Counted from the first letter of the stretch, positions 39,975 to 50,382 are shown. The stretch is DNA of 64,000 nucleotides from Endomicrobiales bacterium (GCA_963794945.1 CAWCFT010000001.1:352001-416000); one strand, 5' to 3'. A program made the numbers and translations. Notes: generated by a model not told the origin, from the letters alone.

Positions 39975-40049
39975 CCTACTGACACCTACATGGTGAAATT
40001 TGCCAGGCCAACAGCGGGTATTATCTGAGAATCTTAAAACGACTTTTTG

Positions 40050-40078
40050 TTGACAAAATCAATGAAATATATTAACAT
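40050..40078 (+). promoter_or_regulatory. putative sigma70 promoter of coaD and the downstream pilus genes
   Basis: TTGACA, 17 nt, TAACAT, ending 7 nt before the coaD ATG. Confidence 0.65.
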
Positions 40079-40085
40079 TAGCCAT

Positions 40086-40589
40086 ATGAAACAGCTAGTT
40101 GCGGTTTATCCGGGGAGTTTTGATCCGCCGACTAATGGGCATCTTGATATTATTTTACGCGCGACGCACCTCTTCCCTAAAGTTATAGTAGCGGTTACCG
40201 ATAATTCCACGAAAGACCCTACATTCACCCTTAAAGAAAGAATAGAGATGTTAAGTTCTGCCACAAAAAATCTTCCATCGGTGCAGATCGACTCCTTTTC
40301 AACACTTCTTGTGAATTACCTCAATGAAAAAAACGCGTTTATAATCATACGCGGCCTGAGGGCCGTATCGGATTTTGAGTACGAGTTCCAGATGGCCCTT
40401 ATGAACCGCAGCCTAAGCCGCAAGATAGAGACCGTATTTTTAATGCCCGATGAGAAGTACACTTATCTGTCGTCCAGGCTTGTAAAAGAGGTTGCGAGGC
40501 TCGGCGGGGATGTTAACGGGCTTGTGCCGTCCCTCGCCGGCAAATACCTTAAGATCTACAGAAGGAACCAGCGCAGGAAACAGGGCTAA
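40086..40589 (+). CDS. coaD: pantetheine-phosphate adenylyltransferase
   Basis: VYPGSFDPPTNGHLDI, IIRGLRAVSDFEYE, LSSRLVKEVA. Confidence 0.96.
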   Translation: MKQLVAVYPGSFDPPTNGHLDIILRATHLFPKVIVAVTDNSTKDPTFTLKERIEMLSSATKNLPSVQIDSFSTLLVNYLNEKNAFIIIRGLRAVSDFEYEFQMALMNRSLSRKIETVFLMPDEKYTYLSSRLVKEVARLGGDVNGLVPSLAGKYLKIYRRNQRRKQG

Positions 40590-40594
40590 ACACT

Positions 40595-42274
40595 ATGAGA
40601 ACCAACCCCATCAAGAAAAGACTCGGAGACCTGCTTGTTGATGTAGGCATTATAAGCGCCGCCCAGCTTAAGCAGGCGCTGGACGCACAGAAGCGCACCG
40701 GAGGCAAGCTCGGCACCATACTCTCGCAGATGAACCTTATAAACGAAGAGGTCATGCTCGCATTTCTCGGTAAGCAGTGCGGCGTGTCTTATGTTTCGCT
40801 CGCGGAATACGGTGATATACCGGAAGATGTTATTAGGATAGTGCCTCAAAGCATAGTGCGCCACCAACACCTTATACCGATCTCAAAGGACGGCAAAGTT
40901 GTGACGATAGCGATGTCTGACCCGTTCAATGTGTTCGCGACGGACGACATCAAAATGATAACCGGTTACGATGTTCAGGTAGTAATTGCTTCCGAGTCGG
41001 AGATCAGGTCGGCCATAGAGAAATATTATTCAGCCGGCAGCGGCCTCGATACTTTAGCCTCAAGCCTTCCACCCAGCGTAAAGGACTCGTCTCCGGAAAA
41101 AGAGGCTGCGATAATCGAAAAGACCGTGATATCTCCTCTTATATCCGACGCGCTCAAGGCCGGAGCCTCAAAGATATTCTTTGAACCCGGAGAATCGTTC
41201 ATGAGCGTCCGTTACAGGGTTGACGGGTACTTAAAGGAACAATCGCGTTTTCCGATCGAAATGGCCGCCCGGCTTACAGACTACTTCAGTTCCAAGTCAA
41301 AAGGCGGGGAAGACAAACATTTTTTCCGTGAGTACGAGACCAAAATTGAGATCAACGATAAGAAGACGGGAGTATTGGTCAATATACTCGCGGCAAATTA
41401 TGGCGACAGCGTTTCCCTTAGCGTGATAAACGAGCTTGCCGAGCCCCGGGATATTTCCGAACTGGGGTTTGAGCCTGAAACCCTTTCGGTCTACAAGAAA
41501 AATATCGAGATACCGAACGGCCTTATTTTGATCACCGGCACCGCGGGGTCAGGCAAATCTCTTACGATGTATTCCACCATGAAGGCCCTTAATTACCCGG
41601 ACAGAAAGATCATATCGTTCGGCCGCAACCTTGAATACTCGGTAAACGGCGTTACGCAGATCTGCCAGCCAAGCGAGAGCCGCCTGGATAAATACAGTTT
41701 TTCAAAAATAATTGACAGGCACGAGCCCGACATCATATTCATTGAAGATATTTTGGAAGGCAATAACGCGGAGATCGTGATAGACGCCGCGATGACCGGC
41801 CATACGGTATTTTCCACTATGAACGCAAGCAGCGCCCTTGATGCGATAACTAAGCTGCTCCTTAACGGCATCTCTCCGTCTCTTCTGGCGTCATGCCTTG
41901 TTATGATATCCAACCAGAGGCTGATGAGGCTGATATGCGGGGACTGCAAAGAATCGTACGATCTGCCGGTCAGCATGCTTAAGCCGTTAGGCTATGAGCC
42001 GAACGACCCCAACGAGGCCGAAATCAAACTAAAGAAATCCTCAGGCTGCCAACAGTGCAACAACACCGGCTACAAGTCACGCACTGCCGTTTACGAGATA
42101 TTCGAGCCTGACGAAAAAATGAAAACACTTATAGCAAGCAAACATACTGAATCCAGTATGAAAGAACACTATCTGCAAAAAAAGTCAATGACAATAGCGG
42201 AAGGGGCATTGAGAAAAGTTGTTTCGGGCCTGTCGTCGGTAGAAGAATTCCTTAGGCTCACTAAGATAAGCTGA
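40595..42274 (+). CDS. PilB/GspE-family protein with N-terminal MshEN domain and degenerate ATPase motifs
   Basis: RLGDLLVDVGII...QLKQALDAQ, VRYRVDG, GTAGSGKS, CGDC/CQQC Zn site; other motifs altered. Confidence 0.85.
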   Translation: MRTNPIKKRLGDLLVDVGIISAAQLKQALDAQKRTGGKLGTILSQMNLINEEVMLAFLGKQCGVSYVSLAEYGDIPEDVIRIVPQSIVRHQHLIPISKDGKVVTIAMSDPFNVFATDDIKMITGYDVQVVIASESEIRSAIEKYYSAGSGLDTLASSLPPSVKDSSPEKEAAIIEKTVISPLISDALKAGASKIFFEPGESFMSVRYRVDGYLKEQSRFPIEMAARLTDYFSSKSKGGEDKHFFREYETKIEINDKKTGVLVNILAANYGDSVSLSVINELAEPRDISELGFEPETLSVYKKNIEIPNGLILITGTAGSGKSLTMYSTMKALNYPDRKIISFGRNLEYSVNGVTQICQPSESRLDKYSFSKIIDRHEPDIIFIEDILEGNNAEIVIDAAMTGHTVFSTMNASSALDAITKLLLNGISPSLLASCLVMISNQRLMRLICGDCKESYDLPVSMLKPLGYEPNDPNEAEIKLKKSSGCQQCNNTGYKSRTAVYEIFEPDEKMKTLIASKHTESSMKEHYLQKKSMTIAEGALRKVVSGLSSVEEFLRLTKIS

Positions 42275-42303
42275 AACCGCCTTAACAGAACTGGAGATTA
42301 TTT

Positions 42304-43372
42304 ATGCTTAACATGCAGGACCTTTTGATGATGCTGATGGAGAAAAAGGCGTCCGATCTTCATATAACCGCCGGCCTTCCGCCAATGCTGAGGATCGACG
42401 GCGAAGTGAAATCAACACAGTTCGAGAAACTTACACCGGACGCCTGCCAGAGGCTTATATATTCGCTGCTGACAGATTCGCAGAAAGAGAAGTTCGAGGC
42501 CACGAACGAGCTTGACCTTTCTTTCGGCATAAAAGGCGTAGGGCGCGTGAGAATGAACGTGTTCCGCCAGCGCGGGTCCGTAGGCGCCGCGCTCCGCTCG
42601 ATCCCCCAGAAGATGCTGACTTTTGAAGAACTCAACCTGCCTCAGGTCATTTATGAGATTATGAAAACGAACAAGGGGCTTGTGCTTGTGACCGGCCCCA
42701 CGGGCTCGGGTAAATCTACTACACTCGCGTCGATGATAAACTTTCTAAATGAAACGAGAACAAGCCATATAATTACCGTAGAAGACCCGATAGAGTATGT
42801 CCATCTTCACAAACAGTCAATCGTCAACCAGAGGGAAATAGGCTCGGATACCAACTCGTTCGTTAACGCCCTGAAATATGTCCTGAGGCAGGACCCTGAC
42901 ATTATACTTATAGGCGAAATGAGGGACCTTGAAACCATATCGGCCGCGCTGACTATCGCGGAAACGGGGCACCTTGTATTCGCGACGCTGCATACGACCG
43001 ATGCCGCCTCCGCTGTCAACAGGATGATAGACGTCTTTCCGCCGCACCAGCAGCCTCAGATAAGGTCGCAGGTCTCTATGGTGCTCCAGGCTATCTTCGC
43101 GCAGCAGCTCCTGCCGCACGCGTCAGGCTCGGGCAGAGTGCTCGCGAGCGAAGTGCTCACGATGACGCCTGCTATCAGGAACCTCATACGGGAAATGAAA
43201 ATCGAACAGATATACCTTGCCATGCAAACAGGCGGGAAATACGGAATGCAAACCATGAACCAGTCTTTATACGACCTCTACACGCGCCGGCAGATACCCT
43301 ATCAGAACAGCCCTGGACGCCAGCACTGACCAGGATGACCTAAAGAGACTATTACAAAAGGCATCGCTATAA
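42304..43372 (+). CDS. pilT: type IV pilus retraction ATPase (apparent indel at ~43305)
   Basis: ASDLH, GPTGSGKSTT, TVEDPIEY, DPDIILIGEMRD, AETGHLVFATLHT, AIRNLIRE, GMQT. Confidence 0.95.
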
Positions 43373-43416
43373 ATATCTTACTGAAAAATAGACGCACCCG
43401 CAGTTTTGGAGGATAA

Positions 43417-44643
43417 ATGCCGCAGTTCAGTTACAGGGCCCGTTCTTCATCAGGAGCCATAGTTGAATCCGTAATAGAGGCGCTTAACCAGCGCCTTGCG
43501 ATGGATAAACTTAAAAGCCAGAAATTTATCGTGATGGAGATAAAAGAAGTAAAAACGAACGCCCTCCTTGAAACTTTAAAAAAATTAAACCCCTTAAAAC
43601 CCAGTGTTACCGCCAAAGAGCTTGTGCTTTTCTCAAGACAGTTCTCCACCCTGGTCAACGCGGGCGTTCCTATAGTGCAGGGCCTCACCATACTCGTCAA
43701 CCAGGCTGAAACACCCGTTTTTAAAGATATCATCACGAAGATAAGGGAAGACATAGAACAGGGTATTTCGATAACTGATGCCATGAAAAAGCATCCCGAA
43801 GCTTTTACAGAGCTTTATGTTTCTATGATAAAAGCGGGCGAAGTCGGGGGTATACTCGATACTATACTTGAACGATTGTCCGGCTACCTTGAAGCCGCGG
43901 AAGAATTAAAAGGGAAAGTAAAAGGCGCGCTTGTTTATCCCGGAGTTATATCATGCGTAGCCGGCGGGGTAACATTATTCCTGCTCATTTTTGTAATACC
44001 GACTTTCAAGGGAATATTTGCCAGTTTTGGCGCAGAATTGCCTTTGCCTACAAGAGTGCTGATAAAAATTTCGGAGCTGCTTAGACAGTTTTGGTATTTA
44101 GTAATAGCGATACCAGTAGGCTCCCTCACGGCATTTAATCGCTTTAGAAAGACTGAAAAGGGCCTTTTATTGACGGACACTATCGCGCTGAAGATTCCCA
44201 TGGTAGGCCAGCTGCTGAAAAAAGTTGCCATCGCTAAGTTCGCAAGAACACTTGGAACGCTTATAAAATCCGGCGTGCCGATACTGCAGGCGCTTGACAC
44301 CGTGGCAAAGACAAGCGGCAATAAGGTCATAGAGATAGCAATCAATTCAGCCAAACAGTCTATCAGGGAAGGCGAAAGAATGGCCGAGCCGTTGAGAAAA
44401 ACAGCTGTTTTTCCGCCGATGGTCATACAAATGATATCCATCGGAGAAGAAACGGGGAACCTTGATACCATGCTTAATAAAATAGCTGATTTTTATGACC
44501 AGGAAGTCGATGTGATGGTTAAAGGGCTTACAAGCATGATGGAGCCGCTGATAATGGTTGGTATGGGGCTGGTAGTCGGCGCCATAGTCATCGCCATGTT
44601 CATGCCGATGTTTGAGCTTGGTTCCCTGGCGGACAAGGGCTGA
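43417..44643 (+). CDS. pilC: type IV pilus inner membrane platform protein
   Basis: FSRQFSTLVNAGVPI, AGEVGGILD, GEETGNLD, MEPL, FMPMF. Confidence 0.93.
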   Translation: MPQFSYRARSSSGAIVESVIEALNQRLAMDKLKSQKFIVMEIKEVKTNALLETLKKLNPLKPSVTAKELVLFSRQFSTLVNAGVPIVQGLTILVNQAETPVFKDIITKIREDIEQGISITDAMKKHPEAFTELYVSMIKAGEVGGILDTILERLSGYLEAAEELKGKVKGALVYPGVISCVAGGVTLFLLIFVIPTFKGIFASFGAELPLPTRVLIKISELLRQFWYLVIAIPVGSLTAFNRFRKTEKGLLLTDTIALKIPMVGQLLKKVAIAKFARTLGTLIKSGVPILQALDTVAKTSGNKVIEIAINSAKQSIREGERMAEPLRKTAVFPPMVIQMISIGEETGNLDTMLNKIADFYDQEVDVMVKGLTSMMEPLIMVGMGLVVGAIVIAMFMPMFELGSLADKG

Positions 44644-44668
44644 TGACCTTGAAAGACCGCGATTAATT

Positions 44669-45445
44669 ATGATCCTATACCTGACATTTTTTCTTGCGCT
44701 TGGCCTTGTTTTTGGAAGCTTTGCGAATGTTTGCATCTCAAGGATACCTAAAGGCGAATCCGTCGTATTTCCAAAGTCTCACTGCCCGAAGTGCAATAAG
44801 CTCATTAAATGGTACGACAACCTGCCTTTGTTAAGCTACGTGATCTTAAAAGCCAAATGCCGCGCATGCGGTGAACCGATATCGATACAATATCCGCTGG
44901 TCGAGTTAATCACGGGCTGTTCATTCTTAGCTCTCGCACTTAATATTAAAGACCCCGCGCTGCTGGCGTTCTACCTTCTGCTAACGTTAGTGCTTATTAT
45001 TATTTCCGGCATAGACTTTCACGTTCAGATAATCCCGGATAGTTTGTCGCTGCCTCTGATCGCGGCAGGCCTTCTTGTCAGCCCTTTCAACAATTCTCTG
45101 GGCAGCGGAGTAGTGCACAGGATATTAAACTCTTTTCTTGGTGTGCTGGCTGGCGGAGGATCTCTCTTTTTGCTTGGATTCTTCGGAGAGAAAATCATGA
45201 AGAAGGAGGCGATGGGAGGGGGAGATGTGAAGCTTTTGGCCGGGATAGGCGCAGTGATAGGCTGGTCAAAGATATTTTCAGTGCTGTTCGTGGCCTCGCT
45301 TGTAGGCAGCGTGTTTGGGATATTGCTAATCATGGCAAAAAAGATTGAGAGGACTGGCTACATACCGTTTGGGCCGTTCATTGCTGTTTCGGCATATATT
45401 AATCTTTTCCTGCCGGATCTCGCTAGGTTAATTTTTGCCAGATGA
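44669..45445 (+). CDS. pilD: prepilin peptidase
   Basis: GSFANVCI, SHCPKC, CRAC, ID...QIIPD, MGGGDVKL, IPFGPF. Confidence 0.93.
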   Translation: MILYLTFFLALGLVFGSFANVCISRIPKGESVVFPKSHCPKCNKLIKWYDNLPLLSYVILKAKCRACGEPISIQYPLVELITGCSFLALALNIKDPALLAFYLLLTLVLIIISGIDFHVQIIPDSLSLPLIAAGLLVSPFNNSLGSGVVHRILNSFLGVLAGGGSLFLLGFFGEKIMKKEAMGGGDVKLLAGIGAVIGWSKIFSVLFVASLVGSVFGILLIMAKKIERTGYIPFGPFIAVSAYINLFLPDLARLIFAR

Positions 45446-45506
45446 CCATTCCGGAGCAACAAAATCGTTAATAATTCAATGGGTGCCTTCCAATTCATAT
45501 TATACC

Positions 45507-45535
45507 TTGACAAATCAAACATAATCTGTTATAAA
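45507..45535 (+). promoter_or_regulatory. putative sigma70 promoter of pilMNOPQ
   Basis: TTGACA, 17 nt ending in TGT, TATAAA. Confidence 0.7.
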
Positions 45536-45611
45536 TTCTTATATTCCCGATTTAATGGCCTTGATGATTTTTTGCATGATTATTGAGCTGTTTTCGGAAA
45601 TCATAAACTAA

Positions 45612-46751
45612 ATGGCTATAAAACTTCCAGAAATTAAACTACCGGGTCTCTCGTTATTAAAAAGCCGTGATTCTATAGCTATAGATATCGGCACTTCCTC
45701 GATAAAGATCGCCTGCCTTAAATCAGCTGGAAATAAGTTCACTTTGCTTAAATGGGCCGTTCTGCCCTTAAACGAGAGCGGCGCCGAGCTGTCTCCGCTG
45801 GATAAAAAGAATATTGCGGTTACCAGGCTGGCCGAATATCTAGCGAAAGAAAACATCACCACAAAAAATATCATAAGCTCAATTTCCGGAAATCAGGTTA
45901 TTGTTAGGTACGTGCGTTTCCCCAAGCTGACTCGTGAAGAACTGGCAAAAACTATACAGTTCGAAGCTGAACCGTACATACCTTTCGATATTCGCGAAGT
46001 TGATCTGAGTTTTCATATTCTCGGCGATGTTATCGAAGATGGCCAGAAAAAGATGGAGACCATCCTTGTGGCTTGCAAGAAAGATGCCGTCCAGACGAAA
46101 CTTGAACTGTTCAATGACCTTAGCCTCAGGCCGGTAGTCATTGACCTCGATGTTTTCGCCATTCAGAACGCTTATGAGTACAACAACGCCAACAGCGAAA
46201 CGCCGGCGCAGGAAACAGTGCTTTTAGTAAATATAGGCGCCAATGTCACAAATATGGCCATAATGGAAAATGGGATATCACGCGTTGTACGAGATGTTTT
46301 CATTTCCGGCAATTCTTTCACAAAGGCTATCCAAAGGAGCCTCTCCTGTGATTTCAAAACTGCGGAAGACTTGAAATCCCGCTATAGCCTGCTGGTCACC
46401 GCGGAAGAAAAAGAAAAAACTCTTTCGGACAACCAGAAAGAGGCCCTTCAGGTATCATCTTCTATCACGCCGGTTGCTAAAGATTTCCTAGCTGAGATCC
46501 AGAGATCTATAGACTTCTATATTTCGCAGAACCCCGAACGCGTAATTAATAAACTGCTCATATGCGGCGGATCGAGCCAGTTGAAAAACCTCGATAGTTT
46601 TCTCAACCACGAATTAAAGATACCCGTAGAGATATTCAACCCCTTAAAATATATCATGGACAGCGCTGTTGTGCCGGAAAACATAGCCCCGCAATTGACA
46701 GTTGCTGCAGGGCTTGCGATGCGCAGAGAAAACGATATCCCGAAAAAATAA
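45612..46751 (+). CDS. pilM: type IV pilus assembly protein PilM
   Basis: IAIDIGTSSIK, EAEPYIPF, VNIGA, EIQRSIDFY, CGGSS, AAGLAMR. Confidence 0.92.
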   Translation: MAIKLPEIKLPGLSLLKSRDSIAIDIGTSSIKIACLKSAGNKFTLLKWAVLPLNESGAELSPLDKKNIAVTRLAEYLAKENITTKNIISSISGNQVIVRYVRFPKLTREELAKTIQFEAEPYIPFDIREVDLSFHILGDVIEDGQKKMETILVACKKDAVQTKLELFNDLSLRPVVIDLDVFAIQNAYEYNNANSETPAQETVLLVNIGANVTNMAIMENGISRVVRDVFISGNSFTKAIQRSLSCDFKTAEDLKSRYSLLVTAEEKEKTLSDNQKEALQVSSSITPVAKDFLAEIQRSIDFYISQNPERVINKLLICGGSSQLKNLDSFLNHELKIPVEIFNPLKYIMDSAVVPENIAPQLTVAAGLAMRRENDIPKK

Positions 46752-46756
46752 TCCAT

Positions 46757-47314
46757 ATGATCAAGATTAATCTGCTTGCGCCGGAAATGATTAAAAAAGA
46801 AGAACGCAACGAGTTGATAATACTCGGCTACGCGGCTCTTATTGTAGCGGTTATAATCGGCGCTTTTGATTACACTCTTAAATTCCGCTCTTATAAAAAA
46901 CTTGAGTACAGGGTGTCACAGTCAGAAAGGGAACTTGTTAAATACGAAAGTATTCTAAAACAGGTTGAGGCATTGCAGTCAACGACCAACGTGCTGGCGA
47001 CAAAGAAATCGGTAATAAGCACACTGATGCAAAGCAGGCTTACTTACCTGTACTTTATGGAAGATATACTTGAACTGCTCCCGTACAATCTATGGTTCAG
47101 GAACATTACAACACAGCTTACGGCCGACGGAAGGATATCCGTGAACATGGACGCTGAGGCTCTGGATAATTACTCGATAGCGGATTTCGTTTCTTCCCTG
47201 TCATCGAACCCGTCATTCGCGAACGTAGATCTTGGTGCTCTGACAACGTCGGGAGCAAAGACGCCGACATCGTTGTTTCATCTAAAATTCGACTACAAGA
47301 AGAAAAGTTTATGA
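46757..47314 (+). CDS. pilN: type IV pilus assembly protein PilN
   Basis: MIKINLL motif, TM helix, coiled coil, operon position. Confidence 0.85.
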   Translation: MIKINLLAPEMIKKEERNELIILGYAALIVAVIIGAFDYTLKFRSYKKLEYRVSQSERELVKYESILKQVEALQSTTNVLATKKSVISTLMQSRLTYLYFMEDILELLPYNLWFRNITTQLTADGRISVNMDAEALDNYSIADFVSSLSSNPSFANVDLGALTTSGAKTPTSLFHLKFDYKKKSL

Positions 47315-47856
47315 CAAAGAAGATCCAGCAAAACCTCATCGTTCTCGCCATACTGATCAGCGGGTTTTCTTTTGTCTATTTCAAATACCTTGTTGCCCCG
47401 CTAAACGACAAATACAACGATAACCTAAAAAAGCTTATCCAGGTAGAGTCGAAACTCGCCGACACCAAACGAAAGGCGCTGGAGCTTCCTAAACTGCAAG
47501 CCGACATGAAAAACCTTGAGCAGGAGGTTGCTGACCTTGAGAAACTCCTGCCGAAAGACAAAGAGATTCCTGCTCTGCTGCGCACAGTGACTAAAGTCGC
47601 GCAGAAGTACCAGCTTAAAATCACGAATATAACTCCGGGAACAATAGTGTCTCAAGCGAATTATAACGAGATACCTTTCCAGATGACAATACAAGGCACA
47701 TATCATGCCGTAGCTTATTTCTTATGCGATATAGGGCAGGAATCGAGGATACTCAGTGTTAAGAATGTAAACTTTACGGCTCTCACGCCGTCAAAAGACA
47801 ACCCTAACACAGTAAATGTTACTTGTGTTTTCCTTGCATACACGTTCAAAGGATAG
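47311..47856 (+). CDS. pilO: type IV pilus assembly protein PilO
   Basis: TM helix, coiled coil, LLPKDKEIPALL, GTYH, RIL. Confidence 0.88.
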   Translation: MTKKIQQNLIVLAILISGFSFVYFKYLVAPLNDKYNDNLKKLIQVESKLADTKRKALELPKLQADMKNLEQEVADLEKLLPKDKEIPALLRTVTKVAQKYQLKITNITPGTIVSQANYNEIPFQMTIQGTYHAVAYFLCDIGQESRILSVKNVNFTALTPSKDNPNTVNVTCVFLAYTFKG

Positions 47857-47863
47857 TTAAAGA

Positions 47864-48337
47864 ATGAACTTTAAATACCATTACTTAGCCATAATTTTCA
47901 CAGCTTTGATAGCCTGTTCCTGCGGGTATGAAGAGCTGCCCACTCAAAACGTCACAAAAACGCCGGCCTCGCTGCCTTCACAGGGTGACAAGTCGGTTTA
48001 CAAGAAAAAAGAACCGGAGCACTACAATTACAAAGGTGATAAGTTCAGGGATCCATTTGTAGCGATGACCGGGGAAACTTCATCAGGCTCAGCTTTATCT
48101 GAAGAGGTTGCAATACCTAACCTGGGAAGCCTTAAACTAAAGGGAATTTATGACGACGGGAAAATTAAAATGGCGCTTATTTCCGGCGGGGGCATAAATT
48201 ACATTTTAAAAGGGTCCCGCCTTTACGACAACAGGCAAAGGCTGGTTAGAGCTATTTCAGGTGTTATTAGGAAAGACAGCGTGCTTATGATTGCACCCGA
48301 CAAAACGACTAAAGAATTATTATTGAAATCAAAATAA
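47864..48337 (+). CDS. PilP-like lipoprotein
   Basis: Lipobox-like LIAC/CSC, RDPF motif, LKLKGI; lies between pilO and pilQ. Confidence 0.75.
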   Translation: MNFKYHYLAIIFTALIACSCGYEELPTQNVTKTPASLPSQGDKSVYKKKEPEHYNYKGDKFRDPFVAMTGETSSGSALSEEVAIPNLGSLKLKGIYDDGKIKMALISGGGINYILKGSRLYDNRQRLVRAISGVIRKDSVLMIAPDKTTKELLLKSK

Positions 48338-48381
48338 TTGATCATGAAAATATTTTCTCTGGCCACAGGAGGCTTGAAATA

Positions 48382-50382
48382 ATGAATAAAATCCTTAAAA
48401 TCATCGGGTTTGCAATGTTGATGTCAGTTTGTTTTTGTTTACTATGGGCTCAGGAACGGTTCCGTACCCTTGATAAAATTAGCATTGACGGGAATACTAT
48501 TACCATTGCTCTTTCCGGTAAGGCGAAATGCCACGCCTTTAAGATATCAAACCCCGCGAGAGTTGTTATTGAGTTCACTAACACCGAATTTAATGCCAAA
48601 GACCGTGAAATAACCGGTTCCGGGGACATAAAGCGTATACGCGGCGGACAGTATCAAAATGACCCTATCAAGGTTGCCCGTGTTGTTGTTGATCTTGTAA
48701 AAATGTCGGAATATGAACTCAAAACCAGCGGCAAATTAGTAAAACTTGTATTGAATTCTCAAACACCGGAAGACAACACAGCAAAGTCAGCCGAAGAAGG
48801 GGTTAATGTTTCATCACAAACCGCGGCTGCTGCAGCTGTACCAGCCGAACCCGAAACCAAACAAGCTGCGCCTGCTGCCATGCAGGTGCCAGTAAAACCT
48901 CAACCAGCGGCTCCACAGGCAAAATCGGCACAGGATGAAACTCCAATAGTTATTGCTCAACCCGTAACACCTGAAGAATCAAAAAAAGTAGATATTTTGC
49001 CTGTACCTGTGGCGCCCGCTCCGCAAGTTAAAGCGGCCGTTAAACCGGCGCCAGCAGCAAATACTCAACTTACCGTAAGCGCAAATGACACTAACACACA
49101 GCAGAACAAAACTACGCCGCCTCAGAATGATCAAACTGTTGGCAATAAACAAATATATTTGTCAAAAAAACCAATAACTATTGATTTCGAGGACGCTGAT
49201 ATCCGAGATGTATTCCGTATGTTATCCATGAAAAGTGGCATAAACATAATTTATGGGGCAGATGTCACGGGAACTATCACGCTCAGGCTTGAGAACGTGC
49301 CTTTTGACAAGGCATTTGAAACTATTCTTGAATTAAAGAACCTGGTCAGCCAGGAACAGGGGCCGAATATCGTCCGCATCGCGACACCACAGCAGATATC
49401 AGAAGAAAGAGCGCAAGCCGTGGCTTTCACGAAAATATTTCCGCTGAATTACGCTAAAGCCGACGATGTTAAACTAAATCTTGACTCGGTGAGGAATGCG
49501 GAAGGCCGCAAAGGCAGCATTTCGGTTGACGAGCGCACTAACAGCATGATAATTACCGACACACCTCAGGGCCTCATCTCGATCGCAAAACTAATAAAGG
49601 AACTTGATCAAAAACCCATGCAGGTCATCATAGAAGCTAAAATCGTAGAAGTAGACCTGAACAAAGACCTCGATCTCGGCATTCAATGGCAGTACGCGAA
49701 TACAATCACGAACCAGCCGAACAACCAGGTTACAATAGGACAAACACAGACTGACGCCAACGGAAATATCACACCGGTTTCAGTTTCAGGAGGAGGAACC
49801 GGCGTAGCTTTCCCTGCAATTGCATCGGGCTCAGGAGAGATCGGCTCCATAGCGTTCGGCATTGTATCCAACCAGATGAGGATCACAGGCGCCTTGACCG
49901 CTCTCGCTCAGAAAGGCCTTTCAAAATTATTATCCAACCCCAAAGTCACAACAGTTAATAACAAAGAAGCAAAAATACTGGTGGGACAGAGAATTCCATA
50001 CACAACCACTACTGTATCAACAGCTGGTTCAACACAATCAACTAACTTCTTGGACGTAGGCGTCAAGCTCACAGTCACACCTACTATCAACATCGACAAA
50101 AAGATCACACTCGTGGTTCACCCTGAAGTTAGCCTGTTCGTCAGGAACGACCCAGCCGGCCCGGTAATCGGCACGAGAGAAGCCAGCACCACCGTTATAG
50201 TAAACGATGGAGAAACAGTAGTTATCGGCGGGCTGATTACAGACCAGGACATCAAGTCAGGCGAACAGGTTCCGCTTTTAGGTGACCTGCCTATAATCGG
50301 AAGCCTCTTCAAGCACACTTCGGACTCCAAAGCAAGGACCGAGCTGCTTGTATTCCTTACTCCGCAGTTGTTGAACAATTAA
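48382..50382 (+). CDS. pilQ: type IV pilus secretin
   Basis: Signal peptide, AMIN domain (NPARVVIEF, ARVVVDL), Pro/Ala linker, QVIIEAKIVE, LGIQW, VPLLGDLPIIGSLF, ELLVFLTP. Confidence 0.92.
   Translation: MNKILKIIGFAMLMSVCFCLLWAQERFRTLDKISIDGNTITIALSGKAKCHAFKISNPARVVIEFTNTEFNAKDREITGSGDIKRIRGGQYQNDPIKVARVVVDLVKMSEYELKTSGKLVKLVLNSQTPEDNTAKSAEEGVNVSSQTAAAAAVPAEPETKQAAPAAMQVPVKPQPAAPQAKSAQDETPIVIAQPVTPEESKKVDILPVPVAPAPQVKAAVKPAPAANTQLTVSANDTNTQQNKTTPPQNDQTVGNKQIYLSKKPITIDFEDADIRDVFRMLSMKSGINIIYGADVTGTITLRLENVPFDKAFETILELKNLVSQEQGPNIVRIATPQQISEERAQAVAFTKIFPLNYAKADDVKLNLDSVRNAEGRKGSISVDERTNSMIITDTPQGLISIAKLIKELDQKPMQVIIEAKIVEVDLNKDLDLGIQWQYANTITNQPNNQVTIGQTQTDANGNITPVSVSGGGTGVAFPAIASGSGEIGSIAFGIVSNQMRITGALTALAQKGLSKLLSNPKVTTVNNKEAKILVGQRIPYTTTTVSTAGSTQSTNFLDVGVKLTVTPTINIDKKITLVVHPEVSLFVRNDPAGPVIGTREASTTVIVNDGETVVIGGLITDQDIKSGEQVPLLGDLPIIGSLFKHTSDSKARTELLVFLTPQLLNN

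Noticed and set aside
31742..39975. Short ORFs 31742-31945(-), 34098-34304(+) and 39721-39975(-) sharing RLRRI-like peptides
   Set aside because: The similarity comes from translating the REP-like DNA repeats; there is no independent coding evidence.
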